From the IMG/VR virus record IMGVR_UViG_3300010938_000019: 64,000 bases of DNA; one strand, given 5' to 3'. The position numbers and the translations under genes are program-made. The notes beneath the pieces were generated by a model that did not search any database, was not told the origin of the DNA, and saw only the letters and a list, made by a program, of their open reading frames with translations. Positions 8,125-17,652 of this stretch are shown in pieces; the stretch's first letter is position 1; every line of letters begins with the position of its first letter. This DNA comes from an uncultured virus (IMG/VR IMGVR_UViG_3300010938_000019) (lineage: Duplodnaviria; Heunggongvirae; Uroviricota; Caudoviricetes).

Positions 8125-10044
8125 ATGACGTACATTGAAATTAAAACTCCGTGGGGACCTTTAGGTTACGTTGTATATAAAAGAACTTATGCTAGAAGAC
8201 TAAAAGAAGATGACGCAAATTCACCAACAGAAGAATATTTTCAAACTGTAGAACGCATTGTAAAAGCATGTAATAAACAATTGAAAGTTGGATTTACTCC
8301 AGAAGAAGAAAAAGAAGTTAACGACATTCTCCTAAGTCTAAAGGGAACAGTTGCTGGAAGATTTTTTTGGCAGTTAGGAACTAAGACTGTAGATACTCTA
8401 GGATTACTTAGTTTACAAAACTGCGCATTTACTGTAGTAGATCATCCAATTCGCCCATTTACATGGACAATGGACGCTTTAATGCTTGGGAGCGGAGTAG
8501 GATACAATATACAGAGAGAATATGTATATAAGTTACCTAAAGTACAAAAGAAAAAAATTAAAATTGAAAGAGTTGATACAAAAGATGCAGACTTTATTGT
8601 TCCCGATTCTCGCCAAGGATGGACTAAGCTTTTAGGAAAGGTACTTAAGTCTTATTTCTATTCCGGAGAAGGTTTTACATACTCTACAGTCTGTATTAGA
8701 GGCAAGGGTACTCCTATTAAAGGATTCGGAGGTTTAGCTTCCGGACCTGAAGACTTAGTTCAAGGAATGACTAACATCTGTAAAGTACTAGACGCTAGAA
8801 GGGGAAAAACAGTAAGACCTATAGATTGTTTGGACGTAATGAATATTATTGGTTCTATAGTCGTTGCCGGAAATGTAAGACGAAGTGCTCAAATTGCTAT
8901 TGGCGACTTTGATGATCTAGAGTTTCTTAATGCAAAGAATTGGGGACAAGGAAATATTCCTAATTGGAGAGCAATGAGTAATAATTCTGTAGTATGTAAT
9001 GATATAACAAAATTACCTCCTCAGTTTTGGGAAGGATATTTTGGTAATGGGGAACCGTACGGACTTATTAATTTAAAGTTAGCTCAATCCTGTGGAAGAA
9101 CTGGAGAGACTCAATACCCAGATCCTGAAGTGCTAGGATTCAATCCTTGTGCGGAGCAATCGCTAGCTCCTTATGAAACTTGCTGTTTAGCAGAGATACA
9201 TTTACAAAATATAGAATCTAAAGAAGAACTTTTAAAGGTCGCAAAGTATCTATATAGAATTAATAAGCATAGTTTATCTTTACCTTGTCATCATACAGAA
9301 ACTGAAGAGATAGTTCATAAAAACATGAGAATGGGAATAGGAGTAACTGGTTATTTAATGGCAAGTGATGAGCAAAGAAGTTGGCTCCCGGAGATATATG
9401 CAGAACTAAGAAAGTTTGATAAAGAATATTCAAAGGCTAATAACTTCCCTGAGAGCATTAAACTTACTACAATTAAACCTAGTGGAACATTGAGTCTACT
9501 AAGTGGGGCAACTTCAGGAGCACATCCTGGATATAGTCATTACTTTATTAGAAGGGTTAGAATGGCTTCTAACATACCTCTTGTAGAAATCTGCAGAACC
9601 AATGGTTATCCTGTAGAATATGAGAAGAACTTTGATGGCAGTGAGAATCGAAATACAGTAGTAGTTTCGTTTCCTTGTTCTTTCCCTGAACATACTAAAG
9701 TTGCTAAAGATATGACTGCGATTGATCAATTAGAAGTAGTAAAGAGACTACAAACTGAATGGTCTGATAATGCAGTTTCAGTCACTATTTATTACAAAAA
9801 AGAAGAATTAGAAAGCATTAAGGAGTGGTTAAAAAATAACTATAACACTAATCTTAAAACGGTTTCTTTCTTATTGCATAGCGAACATGGATTTGCTCAA
9901 GCACCTTTAGAAGAAATAACAAAAGAACAATTTGAAGAATTAAGTAAAAAAGTATTGCCAATATCTGGAATGTCTGCTATCATTGAAGATAGTGTATCTT
10001 CTGATACTCTTGGTTGCGAAACTGGTGTGTGTCCCATAAAATAA
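8125..10044 (+). CDS. nrdJ: class II (adenosylcobalamin-dependent, monomeric-type) ribonucleotide reductase
   Basis: NCAF, VVAGNVRRSA, GFNPCAEQ (thiyl Cys), TIKPSGT and C-terminal CETGVCPIK; no small-subunit gene nearby. Confidence 0.9.
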   Translation: MTYIEIKTPWGPLGYVVYKRTYARRLKEDDANSPTEEYFQTVERIVKACNKQLKVGFTPEEEKEVNDILLSLKGTVAGRFFWQLGTKTVDTLGLLSLQNCAFTVVDHPIRPFTWTMDALMLGSGVGYNIQREYVYKLPKVQKKKIKIERVDTKDADFIVPDSRQGWTKLLGKVLKSYFYSGEGFTYSTVCIRGKGTPIKGFGGLASGPEDLVQGMTNICKVLDARRGKTVRPIDCLDVMNIIGSIVVAGNVRRSAQIAIGDFDDLEFLNAKNWGQGNIPNWRAMSNNSVVCNDITKLPPQFWEGYFGNGEPYGLINLKLAQSCGRTGETQYPDPEVLGFNPCAEQSLAPYETCCLAEIHLQNIESKEELLKVAKYLYRINKHSLSLPCHHTETEEIVHKNMRMGIGVTGYLMASDEQRSWLPEIYAELRKFDKEYSKANNFPESIKLTTIKPSGTLSLLSGATSGAHPGYSHYFIRRVRMASNIPLVEICRTNGYPVEYEKNFDGSENRNTVVVSFPCSFPEHTKVAKDMTAIDQLEVVKRLQTEWSDNAVSVTIYYKKEELESIKEWLKNNYNTNLKTVSFLLHSEHGFAQAPLEEITKEQFEELSKKVLPISGMSAIIEDSVSSDTLGCETGVCPIK

Positions 10045-10053
10045 GGATAAACT

Positions 10054-10230
10054 ATGAAATACTTACTATTACTTGTCCTACTATCTTCCTGCTCTCTGCT
10101 AGATCGCAAACCTCCATTCACTCCGTATGCTAATCGCTTTAACGAGTGTGTGCAGTCTTATCTTGTTATGGACGTAAAGCCAGAACAGGCAGTAACTATT
10201 TGTCAGGCAGCTCTTGGTAAGCGAGAATAG
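10054..10230 (+). CDS. 58-aa lipoprotein
   Basis: AAGGA SD; MKYLLLLVLLSS-CSLL…; TAG 10228-10230; below the ORF-track cutoff. Confidence 0.65.
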   Translation: MKYLLLLVLLSSCSLLDRKPPFTPYANRFNECVQSYLVMDVKPEQAVTICQAALGKRE

Positions 10231-10235
10231 CTTAT

Positions 10236-10676
10236 ATGATTACTCTAAAAGACTACCTAACAGCTTCTGGAGATTACCCAGCTAGGGAAAAGTCTTCGGA
10301 GCTTACTCCTGAAATTGTAAGTAATGCTAACAAGCTACTAGAGAAAGTCAATGCTTTGCTTGCTGATCTTGGTATTACTAAAGTAAAAGTATCTTCAGGA
10401 TTTCGCCCTTTATCAGTAAATACTACTGTAAAGAACGCCGCAAAGAAGTCACACCATACTACATGCAACGCTATTGACATTGTGGACGATAGCAAGCAGT
10501 CTCTTTCTTTAAAATTGCTTAAAGATGCAGATGATAATAAACAAAATAGCTTATTAGCTAAGCATGGACTGTATATGGAACATCCTCAGCATACTATAGG
10601 TAAAAACACAAATTGGACCCATTTGCAACAAATTCCTCCGGGTTCCAAAAGCTTAGTATTTAAACTTAAATCATAA
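10236..10676 (+). CDS. peptidase M15 family endolysin
   Basis: SSGFR, SHH-x4-AID and WTHLQ zinc-peptidase motifs. Confidence 0.8.
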   Translation: MITLKDYLTASGDYPAREKSSELTPEIVSNANKLLEKVNALLADLGITKVKVSSGFRPLSVNTTVKNAAKKSHHTTCNAIDIVDDSKQSLSLKLLKDADDNKQNSLLAKHGLYMEHPQHTIGKNTNWTHLQQIPPGSKSLVFKLKS

Positions 10677-10685
10677 GGAGTCAAT

Positions 10686-10904
10686 ATGAGATCAGCACTA
10701 GTTTATTTTTTTCAAGACATTAAAGAAAGTGTATACAAAGTATATACAGCATGTAGATTTTTACTATCAGACGCGCTATACTATACTAAGCAATTCTTTG
10801 TAAAAGAAGAAAAGTATATTATTTTGGAACCTAAAATATTTCCTTTAGCTCAGCCAAAGAAGAATCGTAAAAAAGCAAGTAAAAAGAAAAAGGCAAAGAA
10901 ATAA
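10686..10904 (+). CDS. hypothetical protein with Lys-rich tail
   Basis: AAGGAG SD; ends KKNRKKASKKKKAKK. Confidence 0.55.
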   Translation: MRSALVYFFQDIKESVYKVYTACRFLLSDALYYTKQFFVKEEKYIILEPKIFPLAQPKKNRKKASKKKKAKK

Positions 10905-11161
10905 TGGAAAAATTAAAAAGCATATTTACTGGTATATTCGCAGTCTTAGTAGGAGCAGTTACTTTGTTTCTACTATTCTTCAGGAAGAAGCCTGAGCAAG
11001 GATATAGTAATCCTCTAGGCGATAAACTAGACAAACAAGCTGAGTCATTGAAAAATGAGATTGCTAAGCTTGGAGAGGATAGAAAAAAGCCTTTAGAAGA
11101 TAAGAGTCTGGAAGATGAAATTAAATATTGGGAACAACAGAACAAGGATAAGTTACAATGA
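10904..11161 (+). CDS. membrane-anchored coiled-coil protein, possible spanin component
   Basis: N-terminal TM followed by a charged helix; downstream of the endolysin. Confidence 0.45.
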   Translation: MEKLKSIFTGIFAVLVGAVTLFLLFFRKKPEQGYSNPLGDKLDKQAESLKNEIAKLGEDRKKPLEDKSLEDEIKYWEQQNKDKLQ

Positions 11162-11523
11162 AACTTCTATTGTTATTAACATTTTTGTTAAGTTCTATAA
11201 ATATTTCTTTTGCAGAAATGACCGCTCTTAATAAAGGCGATACTGCTCCGTATCAGGGCGTATTAATAGACTCTGAGCAGATGAAAGAATTTCGCAAGAT
11301 TAATGAAGACAAGAAAAGTCTAGAGCTTGAGAATCTTAAACTCAAGGATCTGAGCCTTATAAATGACCAAAGGATTGAACTTTACAAAACGGAAGTAAAG
11401 CAGGTCAGGGAAGACCTTTCTCGTTCTGAGAAGAAAGCGTTTTGGCAATCTGCTGGAACGTTTGTTCTAGGAGTACTAGTAACAGGATTTGCAGCTAAGG
11501 TAGCTATAGAGGCTACTAGATAA
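11158..11523 (+). CDS. exported coiled-coil protein with C-terminal TM, possible spanin-like
   Basis: Signal peptide, KGDTAPYQGVL, coiled coil, C-terminal hydrophobic helix. Confidence 0.45.
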   Translation: MKLLLLLTFLLSSINISFAEMTALNKGDTAPYQGVLIDSEQMKEFRKINEDKKSLELENLKLKDLSLINDQRIELYKTEVKQVREDLSRSEKKAFWQSAGTFVLGVLVTGFAAKVAIEATR

Positions 11524-11532
11524 GGAGTATTT

Positions 11533-11907
11533 ATGAGTTCTAAGACAAGACATAATAAAAAACGTCAAGTGAAAGAGTTACATGTCATTATGGATAATGA
11601 TAAAAAACTATCAGCTATACTTGCACATCCATGCGTACAGTGGTGGATAGACAAAAACGAACTAAGTACTGGCGTGTTTTATAGCGTCAGTATGCTTATA
11701 AACGAGGGACTAATTCTAGACATATATCCTAACGACATGGGATATACTGTAGACTGCCATGTAAGGACTAATAAATCCTCTTTGCAACAATTTGATACGT
11801 TTGAAACATTACGAAAGTTTATTATTGACAGATTTAATGAAAGTAGGGTATGCTTTACAGAGCTACCTAACTTCGGATATAAGAACGGAAAATTAATATG
11901 CTTATAA
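11533..11907 (+). CDS. hypothetical protein
   Basis: AAGGAG SD. Confidence 0.6.
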   Translation: MSSKTRHNKKRQVKELHVIMDNDKKLSAILAHPCVQWWIDKNELSTGVFYSVSMLINEGLILDIYPNDMGYTVDCHVRTNKSSLQQFDTFETLRKFIIDRFNESRVCFTELPNFGYKNGKLICL

Positions 11908-12440
11908 CAATTCCTGACGATATAATAAATAAGTGCTATAAGTTTGCTGGAGCTTATGACCAGACTACGGACTATGCTAGTAGAGGTCAAAAAAGCCCCA
12001 CTAAAAGAGTCGAAGATGCTATAACAGGAAAGATGGCAGAGTTTGCTGTATATGAGTTTTTAAAGTCTAAGTTTAAAGTTGTTAGCAAACCTTGTCTAAG
12101 AGTTTATAACTGGGGGGACAAGACATATAGTCCGGATTTAATAGCAGACGGAATAAAGATACAAGTAAAAGCTCAAGACTTACAATCTATACACCTTTGG
12201 GAAATGAGCTGGGTAATGGAAGAGAGATCTATAAACAAACATTATGATCAGGTGTTTGTATTATGTGTTAGAATAGACTTTAATAAAATAATGATAGTAT
12301 CCGTGGTGCCATTTAAGGAATTATTAAAAATTAGGAGTAAGCCTAAGAAAGACAATTTACATACAAAAATAGCTTTTTATTATAAAGACCTGCTTACCTC
12401 AAAGTTGAACGAGCAGAGCGAACATTTACTATGGGAGTAA
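11898..12440 (+). CDS. putative PD-(D/E)XK-fold nuclease
   Basis: GKMAE…SPDL…IQVK pattern. Confidence 0.5.
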   Translation: MLITIPDDIINKCYKFAGAYDQTTDYASRGQKSPTKRVEDAITGKMAEFAVYEFLKSKFKVVSKPCLRVYNWGDKTYSPDLIADGIKIQVKAQDLQSIHLWEMSWVMEERSINKHYDQVFVLCVRIDFNKIMIVSVVPFKELLKIRSKPKKDNLHTKIAFYYKDLLTSKLNEQSEHLLWE

Positions 12441-12443
12441 TTT

Positions 12444-12653
12444 ATGACACTAGAACAAATTGAGTACTACACAAAACTTTTTAACCTCTTACTTAAGGAT
12501 AGAGCCAATGTCTTAAGTGAAACTGAACAAAACGATCTAGGATACATCATTGCGACTTTAGGATTTAAGGGAGATTCTCCTAGAGCATATCACGCAATAA
12601 AAGATCTTTCTTATGATTTAAATTCTGGAAAATTAACTAGCATATTTTTGTAA
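12444..12653 (+). CDS. hypothetical protein
   Basis: GGAG SD; operon packing. Confidence 0.55.
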   Translation: MTLEQIEYYTKLFNLLLKDRANVLSETEQNDLGYIIATLGFKGDSPRAYHAIKDLSYDLNSGKLTSIFL

Positions 12654-12671
12654 TTAAAGGGGGAGGATTAT

Positions 12672-12998
12672 ATGAAATCAAAAACTTATCAAATTAATGA
12701 AACTCATGTTACAAAAGTGTTGAATGAAAATTCGAATGTTATGATACAAAATCATTCAAATAAATCTCTATATTTTTCAATTAATACAAAACTGTCATAT
12801 TTAAAAGGATTTAGACTATGTGCAGGAGCTTTTGCAGAATTTAATATTAAAGCAAAAGATGTAGTCATTTTTACAGGCGATAATATTTGTGCAACAATAG
12901 CAATTGTTGTATTTAACAGTAATAAACAAGGAGGTTCTATGCCAGGATGCGGATCAAAAGGTAAAAGCAAAGGTAAAGGTAAGAATAAAGATAAATAA
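12672..12998 (+). CDS. small beta-rich protein resembling a virion domain, with Lys/Gly tail
   Basis: GGAGG SD; aligns by eye with the C-terminus of 51311-52399 and with 50706-50990. Confidence 0.55.
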   Translation: MKSKTYQINETHVTKVLNENSNVMIQNHSNKSLYFSINTKLSYLKGFRLCAGAFAEFNIKAKDVVIFTGDNICATIAIVVFNSNKQGGSMPGCGSKGKSKGKGKNKDK

Positions 12999-13004
12999 TT
13001 TTAC

Positions 13005-13033
13005 TAGATAATTCTTACACACTGTGCTAGAAT
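13005..13033 (+). promoter_or_regulatory. sigma70-type promoter
   Basis: TAGATA, 17 nt, TAGAAT with TGTGC extension; intergenic. Confidence 0.5.
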
Positions 13034-13051
13034 AGCTAGAAAGGAGAGTGT

Positions 13052-13537
13052 ATGAAATACCTCTTGTTTCTGGCTTTTTTATTTTCTTGTGGACACGCTC
13101 CATTACCTAATCTAGTTACTTCACAAAATCCTATATATGTAGATCCTGAGGTTATCCCCTATCTCGAAAGATTTGATCTATATGCTAACAATCTAGGAGT
13201 AAAGCCTAATTACTCTAACCTTACTGTTTATAGAACAGATGAGAATCCTTCAGGAAACCAATTAGCAGTATGTACTACGTCCAATACTGGAATTAAACAA
13301 ATCACCATATACAATTACTTCTGGGACACAGCTTCGGACGTAGCCAGAGAGATAGTAGCATTTCATGAACTTTTACATTGTTCATTAAAACAGTCTCATA
13401 GAGACAATTCTGTAATGCAAGCCAATATGCTTCCAGAAGGAATGTATTTATACTACTATAGTTACTACATTAAAGAAATGTTCGGTCAAATAGAATCTTC
13501 TACAGTATTCACATTTGAACTTTATTTGACAAAATAA
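13052..13537 (+). CDS. lipoprotein zinc metalloprotease (metzincin-like)
   Basis: LFS-C lipobox; HELLHCSLKQSH followed by SVM Met-turn. Confidence 0.75.
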   Translation: MKYLLFLAFLFSCGHAPLPNLVTSQNPIYVDPEVIPYLERFDLYANNLGVKPNYSNLTVYRTDENPSGNQLAVCTTSNTGIKQITIYNYFWDTASDVAREIVAFHELLHCSLKQSHRDNSVMQANMLPEGMYLYYYSYYIKEMFGQIESSTVFTFELYLTK

Positions 13538-13554
13538 TTGACACTTGGTACAAT
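13526..13554 (+). promoter_or_regulatory. sigma70-type promoter, probably leaderless transcript
   Basis: TTGACA (13526-13531), 17 nt, TACAAT (13549-13554); ATG 6 nt later. Confidence 0.6.
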
Positions 13555-13560
13555 GTACTG

Positions 13561-14199
13561 ATGAGTATCATCAAACTTATTCGATACATTATGTCCTTTT
13601 CTTTCTCGATAAGAGTCTGCCTATGGACTTTTATTATATCTTCTATTCTCATTCATTACGACTTTGATGGTAATCTTTACAACTATATTGGTACAAATAA
13701 ACCTATATTCGTAGATCCTGAGCTAGTTCCTTTTTATGAACGATTCAAAGAATTTGAAAGAATCTCTGGAAAGGAAGTTTCCCATAAGCATATCTTCATG
13801 GTAATATCCGATGGATTTACTAAAGACGATGATACTGCGGCTTATTGTGGGGTAAGTAACCACTTCAATCGCTTTATTGTTGTCAATAGAAAATACTTCT
13901 CCCAAGCATCTAACGCTTCAAAAGAAATACTATTCTTCCATGAAGCACTACACTGTCTCTACTACAGAGAGCACAAAGCATATTCTATAATGGAATCCAG
14001 AGTATTATTTGACGATCTTTACAAAAGAAACTACGACTACTTTATCAAGGAAGCTTTCGGTATAGAATCCACTGTACTGAAGTTTCAGTATAAACCTTAT
14101 CCTAATGAGGATAAACAAACCAAGGATGTGTCTGATGTTAAAAAACCTATTTCTTTTACTGATATTATTCCTAATTTCAGTATTCCTGACTCAGAGTAA
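13561..14199 (+). CDS. membrane-anchored zinc metalloprotease, paralog of 13052-13537
   Basis: N-terminal hydrophobic helix; PIFVDPE shared with the paralog; HEALHCLYYREH and SIM. Confidence 0.75.
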   Translation: MSIIKLIRYIMSFSFSIRVCLWTFIISSILIHYDFDGNLYNYIGTNKPIFVDPELVPFYERFKEFERISGKEVSHKHIFMVISDGFTKDDDTAAYCGVSNHFNRFIVVNRKYFSQASNASKEILFFHEALHCLYYREHKAYSIMESRVLFDDLYKRNYDYFIKEAFGIESTVLKFQYKPYPNEDKQTKDVSDVKKPISFTDIIPNFSIPDSE

Positions 14200-14941
14200 T
14201 GCCAAGACTTCTGTTATTATTCTAAGCGATGCGACCACTGTTGTATTGCGAGGTCCAGTAATGCCAGGTAATGTAAACGAAGCTTCTATTAAGATTCTAG
14301 AGCTTCACCGAACTCTCCCAAAGAACAAAGCTATTATTCTATATCTCGACACTCCTGGTGGTTCTATTGCTGCAGGTAATCAGTTAATCGAACTAGTGGA
14401 AGGTCTTCCTCGTAAAGTCGTTACAGTTACCTCATTTGCAGCTTCTATGGGGTACCAAATCGTTCAGGCATTCCATACTAGGTATATCCTAGAAAGCGGA
14501 GTACTAATGAGTCACAGAGCTTCTATTGGTGGACTATCTGGTCAAGTTCCAGGAGAAGCTAATAGTCGTTTAAAGTGGATTTCTGAGACTGTAGAGGAAA
14601 TGGAAAAGAAAACCTCTAAGCGTCTTAACATGTCTTTAAAAGACTACAAGGAAGCCATTAGAGATGAGTTGTGGTTGACTGGTAATATTGCTGTGTCTAC
14701 TAGACATGCGGACAAAGTAGTCAAGGCTCGTTGTGATAAGTCTCTAGAAGGTACCGTAGAGTCAAGTGTAAATACTATGTTTGGTCCAGTAACTGTAGAA
14801 ATGCATAAATGTCCTCTTATCTCTGGTCCTGTCAAAATTAAAATGGATGACTTTATTCGTTCTAATCCTTTTATTTACAGACGTGTAAAAGAAGAATTAG
14901 ATGGATATTTTTCACGATCTAAAGGTTTGTGGTTGTATTAA
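14135..14941 (+). CDS. ClpP-like serine peptidase with signal peptide
   Basis: LDTPGGS, AASMG, MSH and RDELWL motifs; signal peptide MLKNLFLLLILFLISVFLTQSNA; start could be 14105. Confidence 0.75.
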   Translation: MLKNLFLLLILFLISVFLTQSNAKTSVIILSDATTVVLRGPVMPGNVNEASIKILELHRTLPKNKAIILYLDTPGGSIAAGNQLIELVEGLPRKVVTVTSFAASMGYQIVQAFHTRYILESGVLMSHRASIGGLSGQVPGEANSRLKWISETVEEMEKKTSKRLNMSLKDYKEAIRDELWLTGNIAVSTRHADKVVKARCDKSLEGTVESSVNTMFGPVTVEMHKCPLISGPVKIKMDDFIRSNPFIYRRVKEELDGYFSRSKGLWLY

Positions 14942-14981
14942 TTCCCCTCATGTGCTACAATCTTCTCAGGAGGGTTGTAGC

Positions 14982-15269
14982 ATGTCTAACAATATTCAAG
15001 AAATTTTCAATAGATTTGCAAGAGAACGAGAAAACGGTACTACATGGAAAGTATTTGCTCATTTCCACACAGAAGAAGAATTAGCATTTATCAAAAAGTT
15101 CTTTCCTAAGACATACATTAAGTCTGAAGGGAAAATAGACTATTCTAAGATTACTCCAGAAAAATATCCTAAGCTATACATTCCTTACTTAAAGTCTGAG
15201 ATAAAAGATTATCAAAATACACTAAGTACTTTGTATAGTAAGTTAACTGACGCAATTAATGATATATAG
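14982..15269 (+). CDS. hypothetical protein
   Basis: AGGAGG SD; TTGTAT-17-TACAAT upstream (14933-14961). Confidence 0.6.
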   Translation: MSNNIQEIFNRFARERENGTTWKVFAHFHTEEELAFIKKFFPKTYIKSEGKIDYSKITPEKYPKLYIPYLKSEIKDYQNTLSTLYSKLTDAINDI

Positions 15270-15278
15270 GAGCTTAAT

Positions 15279-15767
15279 ATGTCTTATAAGTTTAATATTG
15301 GCGATATTATCACTGATTCCAGTACGTGGGGTTTATATTTAATTCGTTATGTTATGTATGATAGTATATACGGATTTATGTATCTTGTACGGGAAATAAA
15401 AGGAACAGGACACACTCTTTTAAGTAGTATGGATGTAGATATGATGTCGACTCTTTTCATGTCGTCCCCCAAAGTCTACACTGTACCTCTTACCCAACAA
15501 GAAATAGACGAAATCATAGAAAGCTATAATAATTCTATTCCTGGAGTTATATCTCAGAATACTGCTGTAGGATCTCCATCAAATATTTCGTTTGAATACG
15601 ACGACGAAGACACTTTGATAATTGGAGATGGATGGCATGAATACGAAAAAGAGTTTCAATATAATGTTGCTCCTCCAGCCTGTAAACATAAATGGAAGAA
15701 ATATGTCGGACTATCGCAGTCGTTTGAGTACTGCGAGATATGCGATAAAAAGAAGGATGAAGTATGA
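15279..15767 (+). CDS. hypothetical protein with C-terminal CxH…CxxC knuckle
   Basis: YKFNIGDI N-terminus; CKHKW…CEIC C-terminus. Confidence 0.65.
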   Translation: MSYKFNIGDIITDSSTWGLYLIRYVMYDSIYGFMYLVREIKGTGHTLLSSMDVDMMSTLFMSSPKVYTVPLTQQEIDEIIESYNNSIPGVISQNTAVGSPSNISFEYDDEDTLIIGDGWHEYEKEFQYNVAPPACKHKWKKYVGLSQSFEYCEICDKKKDEV

Positions 15768-15985
15768 TACTTGCAGCTCTGACATTAATATGTCTTCCTA
15801 CTAAGATGATTAACACCTCCGGACATGACTGGAACATAGAAGATACAAAGGTTCTACGAAGGGCACAGCATGTCTGTTCTAGAGATCCTCGCTATGCTTC
15901 AGATACTCCTTGTGTTGGTATGTTTCATAAGAAAGAAGAAAGAGGGTACCTAGTGCTTTGTACATACAAAAGAGAAGCAAAATGA
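15764..15985 (+). CDS. small Cys-containing, possibly exported protein
   Basis: ATGA overlap; hydrophobic N-terminus. Confidence 0.5.
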   Translation: MILAALTLICLPTKMINTSGHDWNIEDTKVLRRAQHVCSRDPRYASDTPCVGMFHKKEERGYLVLCTYKREAK

Positions 15986-16215
15986 GCTTTCATAACTTTT
16001 ACATACTAAATAATAAAGTTAGTATAATGTTGATGAATATCATCTATACTGAAGGTATTAGAACTGGAATATGCACTAAGAACATTACTATATACTTAAA
16101 TGGAAGGAAGCTTATCTCAACTCCATTCCTAATTACAGGATACCAACGATCTACAGCTTTAGAAATACAAAAAACATATGAGAAACTTAAAGCTTATTTA
16201 AAGGATGAGAAATGA
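15982..16215 (+). CDS. hypothetical protein
   Basis: ATGA overlaps on both sides. Confidence 0.5.
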   Translation: MSFHNFYILNNKVSIMLMNIIYTEGIRTGICTKNITIYLNGRKLISTPFLITGYQRSTALEIQKTYEKLKAYLKDEK

Positions 16216-16727
16216 CGGAAGAATGGAAAGAATTTTACCCTGGTTATTTAGTTTCCAATTTAGGACAAATCAGAAAGCTTGCTTTAAAAAAGAAGAATGT
16301 TGAAACTACTAAGACTGGTACGAAGCGTGTAGAAACCGCAAGGTACTTATCTTTAATGATTAAGAAAAACTGGTACTATGTCCATAAGATCGTAGCTGCT
16401 GCTTTTGTTCCTAATCCTAATCCAGCCTTATTCACCGACATAAAGCATTTGAATGGTGATTTAACGGACAATAGAGCAGAAAACCTAGCTTGGGTACATC
16501 CAGCAATGATTGAGAAATACCGTCAAAAAGAAGGCAGTAAAAACTGGTCTACTGGTAAAAACTATAAAGTTCGAGTAAAATACGAAGTACTTATTGGAAA
16601 CGCTTCTATAGGTATGAAGAACCTGGGACTTTTCAATACTAGAGCTGATGCACTAAGGTCTATAGCTCATTGGGAAAAACTTAACGGTAAAGCTGATAGG
16701 ACTAATAATGACAAGACTATCTCATAG
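16212..16727 (+). CDS. NUMOD4/HNH homing endonuclease-like protein
   Basis: EEWK…YLVSNLGQI (NUMOD4-like); VHKIVAAAF…HLNGDLTDNRAENLAW; AP2-like LGLFNT end. Confidence 0.8.
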   Translation: MTEEWKEFYPGYLVSNLGQIRKLALKKKNVETTKTGTKRVETARYLSLMIKKNWYYVHKIVAAAFVPNPNPALFTDIKHLNGDLTDNRAENLAWVHPAMIEKYRQKEGSKNWSTGKNYKVRVKYEVLIGNASIGMKNLGLFNTRADALRSIAHWEKLNGKADRTNNDKTIS

Positions 16728-17652
16728 TGCTAAGGACAAAATCTCTACTTGCGGTGCTTTATACAAATACTGGTACGTAGATAAGATTCGTCCCATTGCT
16801 ACAAGCTCTGCCCTATTCTACGGTAAAGCCCTGGACGAGGCTTTTACTGCACTATTAGAGACTAAGCTAGATCCTAAGCCTCCCATTATCAATGACCCCT
16901 TTGAAACGTTTTTAAAGCATTTTAAAACTGTGGAGATTAATGGAGAACAAGTATCTGTGCTAGATACCCGATGCCAGTACTTTAAAAGCGATTTAGACCC
17001 TGATTTGACCGATTCTCCCGAAGAGGCTATGGATTTACTGGAACGGTATAAAATTCTTAAAAACGACGATTTAAAGCGTTTTAACGAGCTATGTGTTCAG
17101 TCTCTTACAAACAAGGCTAGAATCCTTATACAAGGATACTACGACCAGGTATTACCCCTGATTGAAAGAGTATATAGCCTACAGGAAGAAGTTAACCTTA
17201 AGAACGATGAAGGGGATGAGATTATAGGGTTTATTGACTTCATCTGCTCATTTAAAGATGAACCTGGTGTACAGTATGTAGTGGACAATAAAACTGCCAG
17301 TAAGAACTACAAGGAAGATTCTGTCAGAACTTCTGAACAACTTGCAACATACTGCGACTACAAGCTAATTGACAAAGCTGCCTATATTGTACTAAACAAG
17401 ACTCTTCGTAAGAAAGAACCTAGAGTAACTGCACAAATAGTGCGAGATACGATACCGAATGAAATGTTTAACAAAGTATTTGACATATATGAAAAATCTC
17501 TTTATACTATCAGGAAAGAGGAATATTATCGGAATTATGCATCCGGATGTTTCTTTTTTGGTAAAAAATGTGATTATTACGAATATTGTCGATCAAATGG
17601 TGAAGATCTAACTGGTCTTACTATAATTAAAAAAGGAGATACTAATGGCTAG
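16708..17652 (+). CDS. Cas4/RecB-like PD-(D/E)XK exonuclease
   Basis: LSHS…C, GFID, VVDNKT, QLATY and three C-terminal Cys (C-x6-C-x5-C). Confidence 0.82.
   Translation: MTRLSHSAKDKISTCGALYKYWYVDKIRPIATSSALFYGKALDEAFTALLETKLDPKPPIINDPFETFLKHFKTVEINGEQVSVLDTRCQYFKSDLDPDLTDSPEEAMDLLERYKILKNDDLKRFNELCVQSLTNKARILIQGYYDQVLPLIERVYSLQEEVNLKNDEGDEIIGFIDFICSFKDEPGVQYVVDNKTASKNYKEDSVRTSEQLATYCDYKLIDKAAYIVLNKTLRKKEPRVTAQIVRDTIPNEMFNKVFDIYEKSLYTIRKEEYYRNYASGCFFFGKKCDYYEYCRSNGEDLTGLTIIKKGDTNG
17480..17508 (+). promoter_or_regulatory. internal sigma70-type promoter
   Basis: TTGACA, 17 nt, TATACT inside the exonuclease 3' end, upstream of 17645. Confidence 0.55.

Noticed and set aside
16708..17652. Cas4-like gene as a sign of a CRISPR system
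   Set aside because: No repeat-spacer array or other cas genes; it lies near an ERF annealase, as expected for a phage recombination nuclease.
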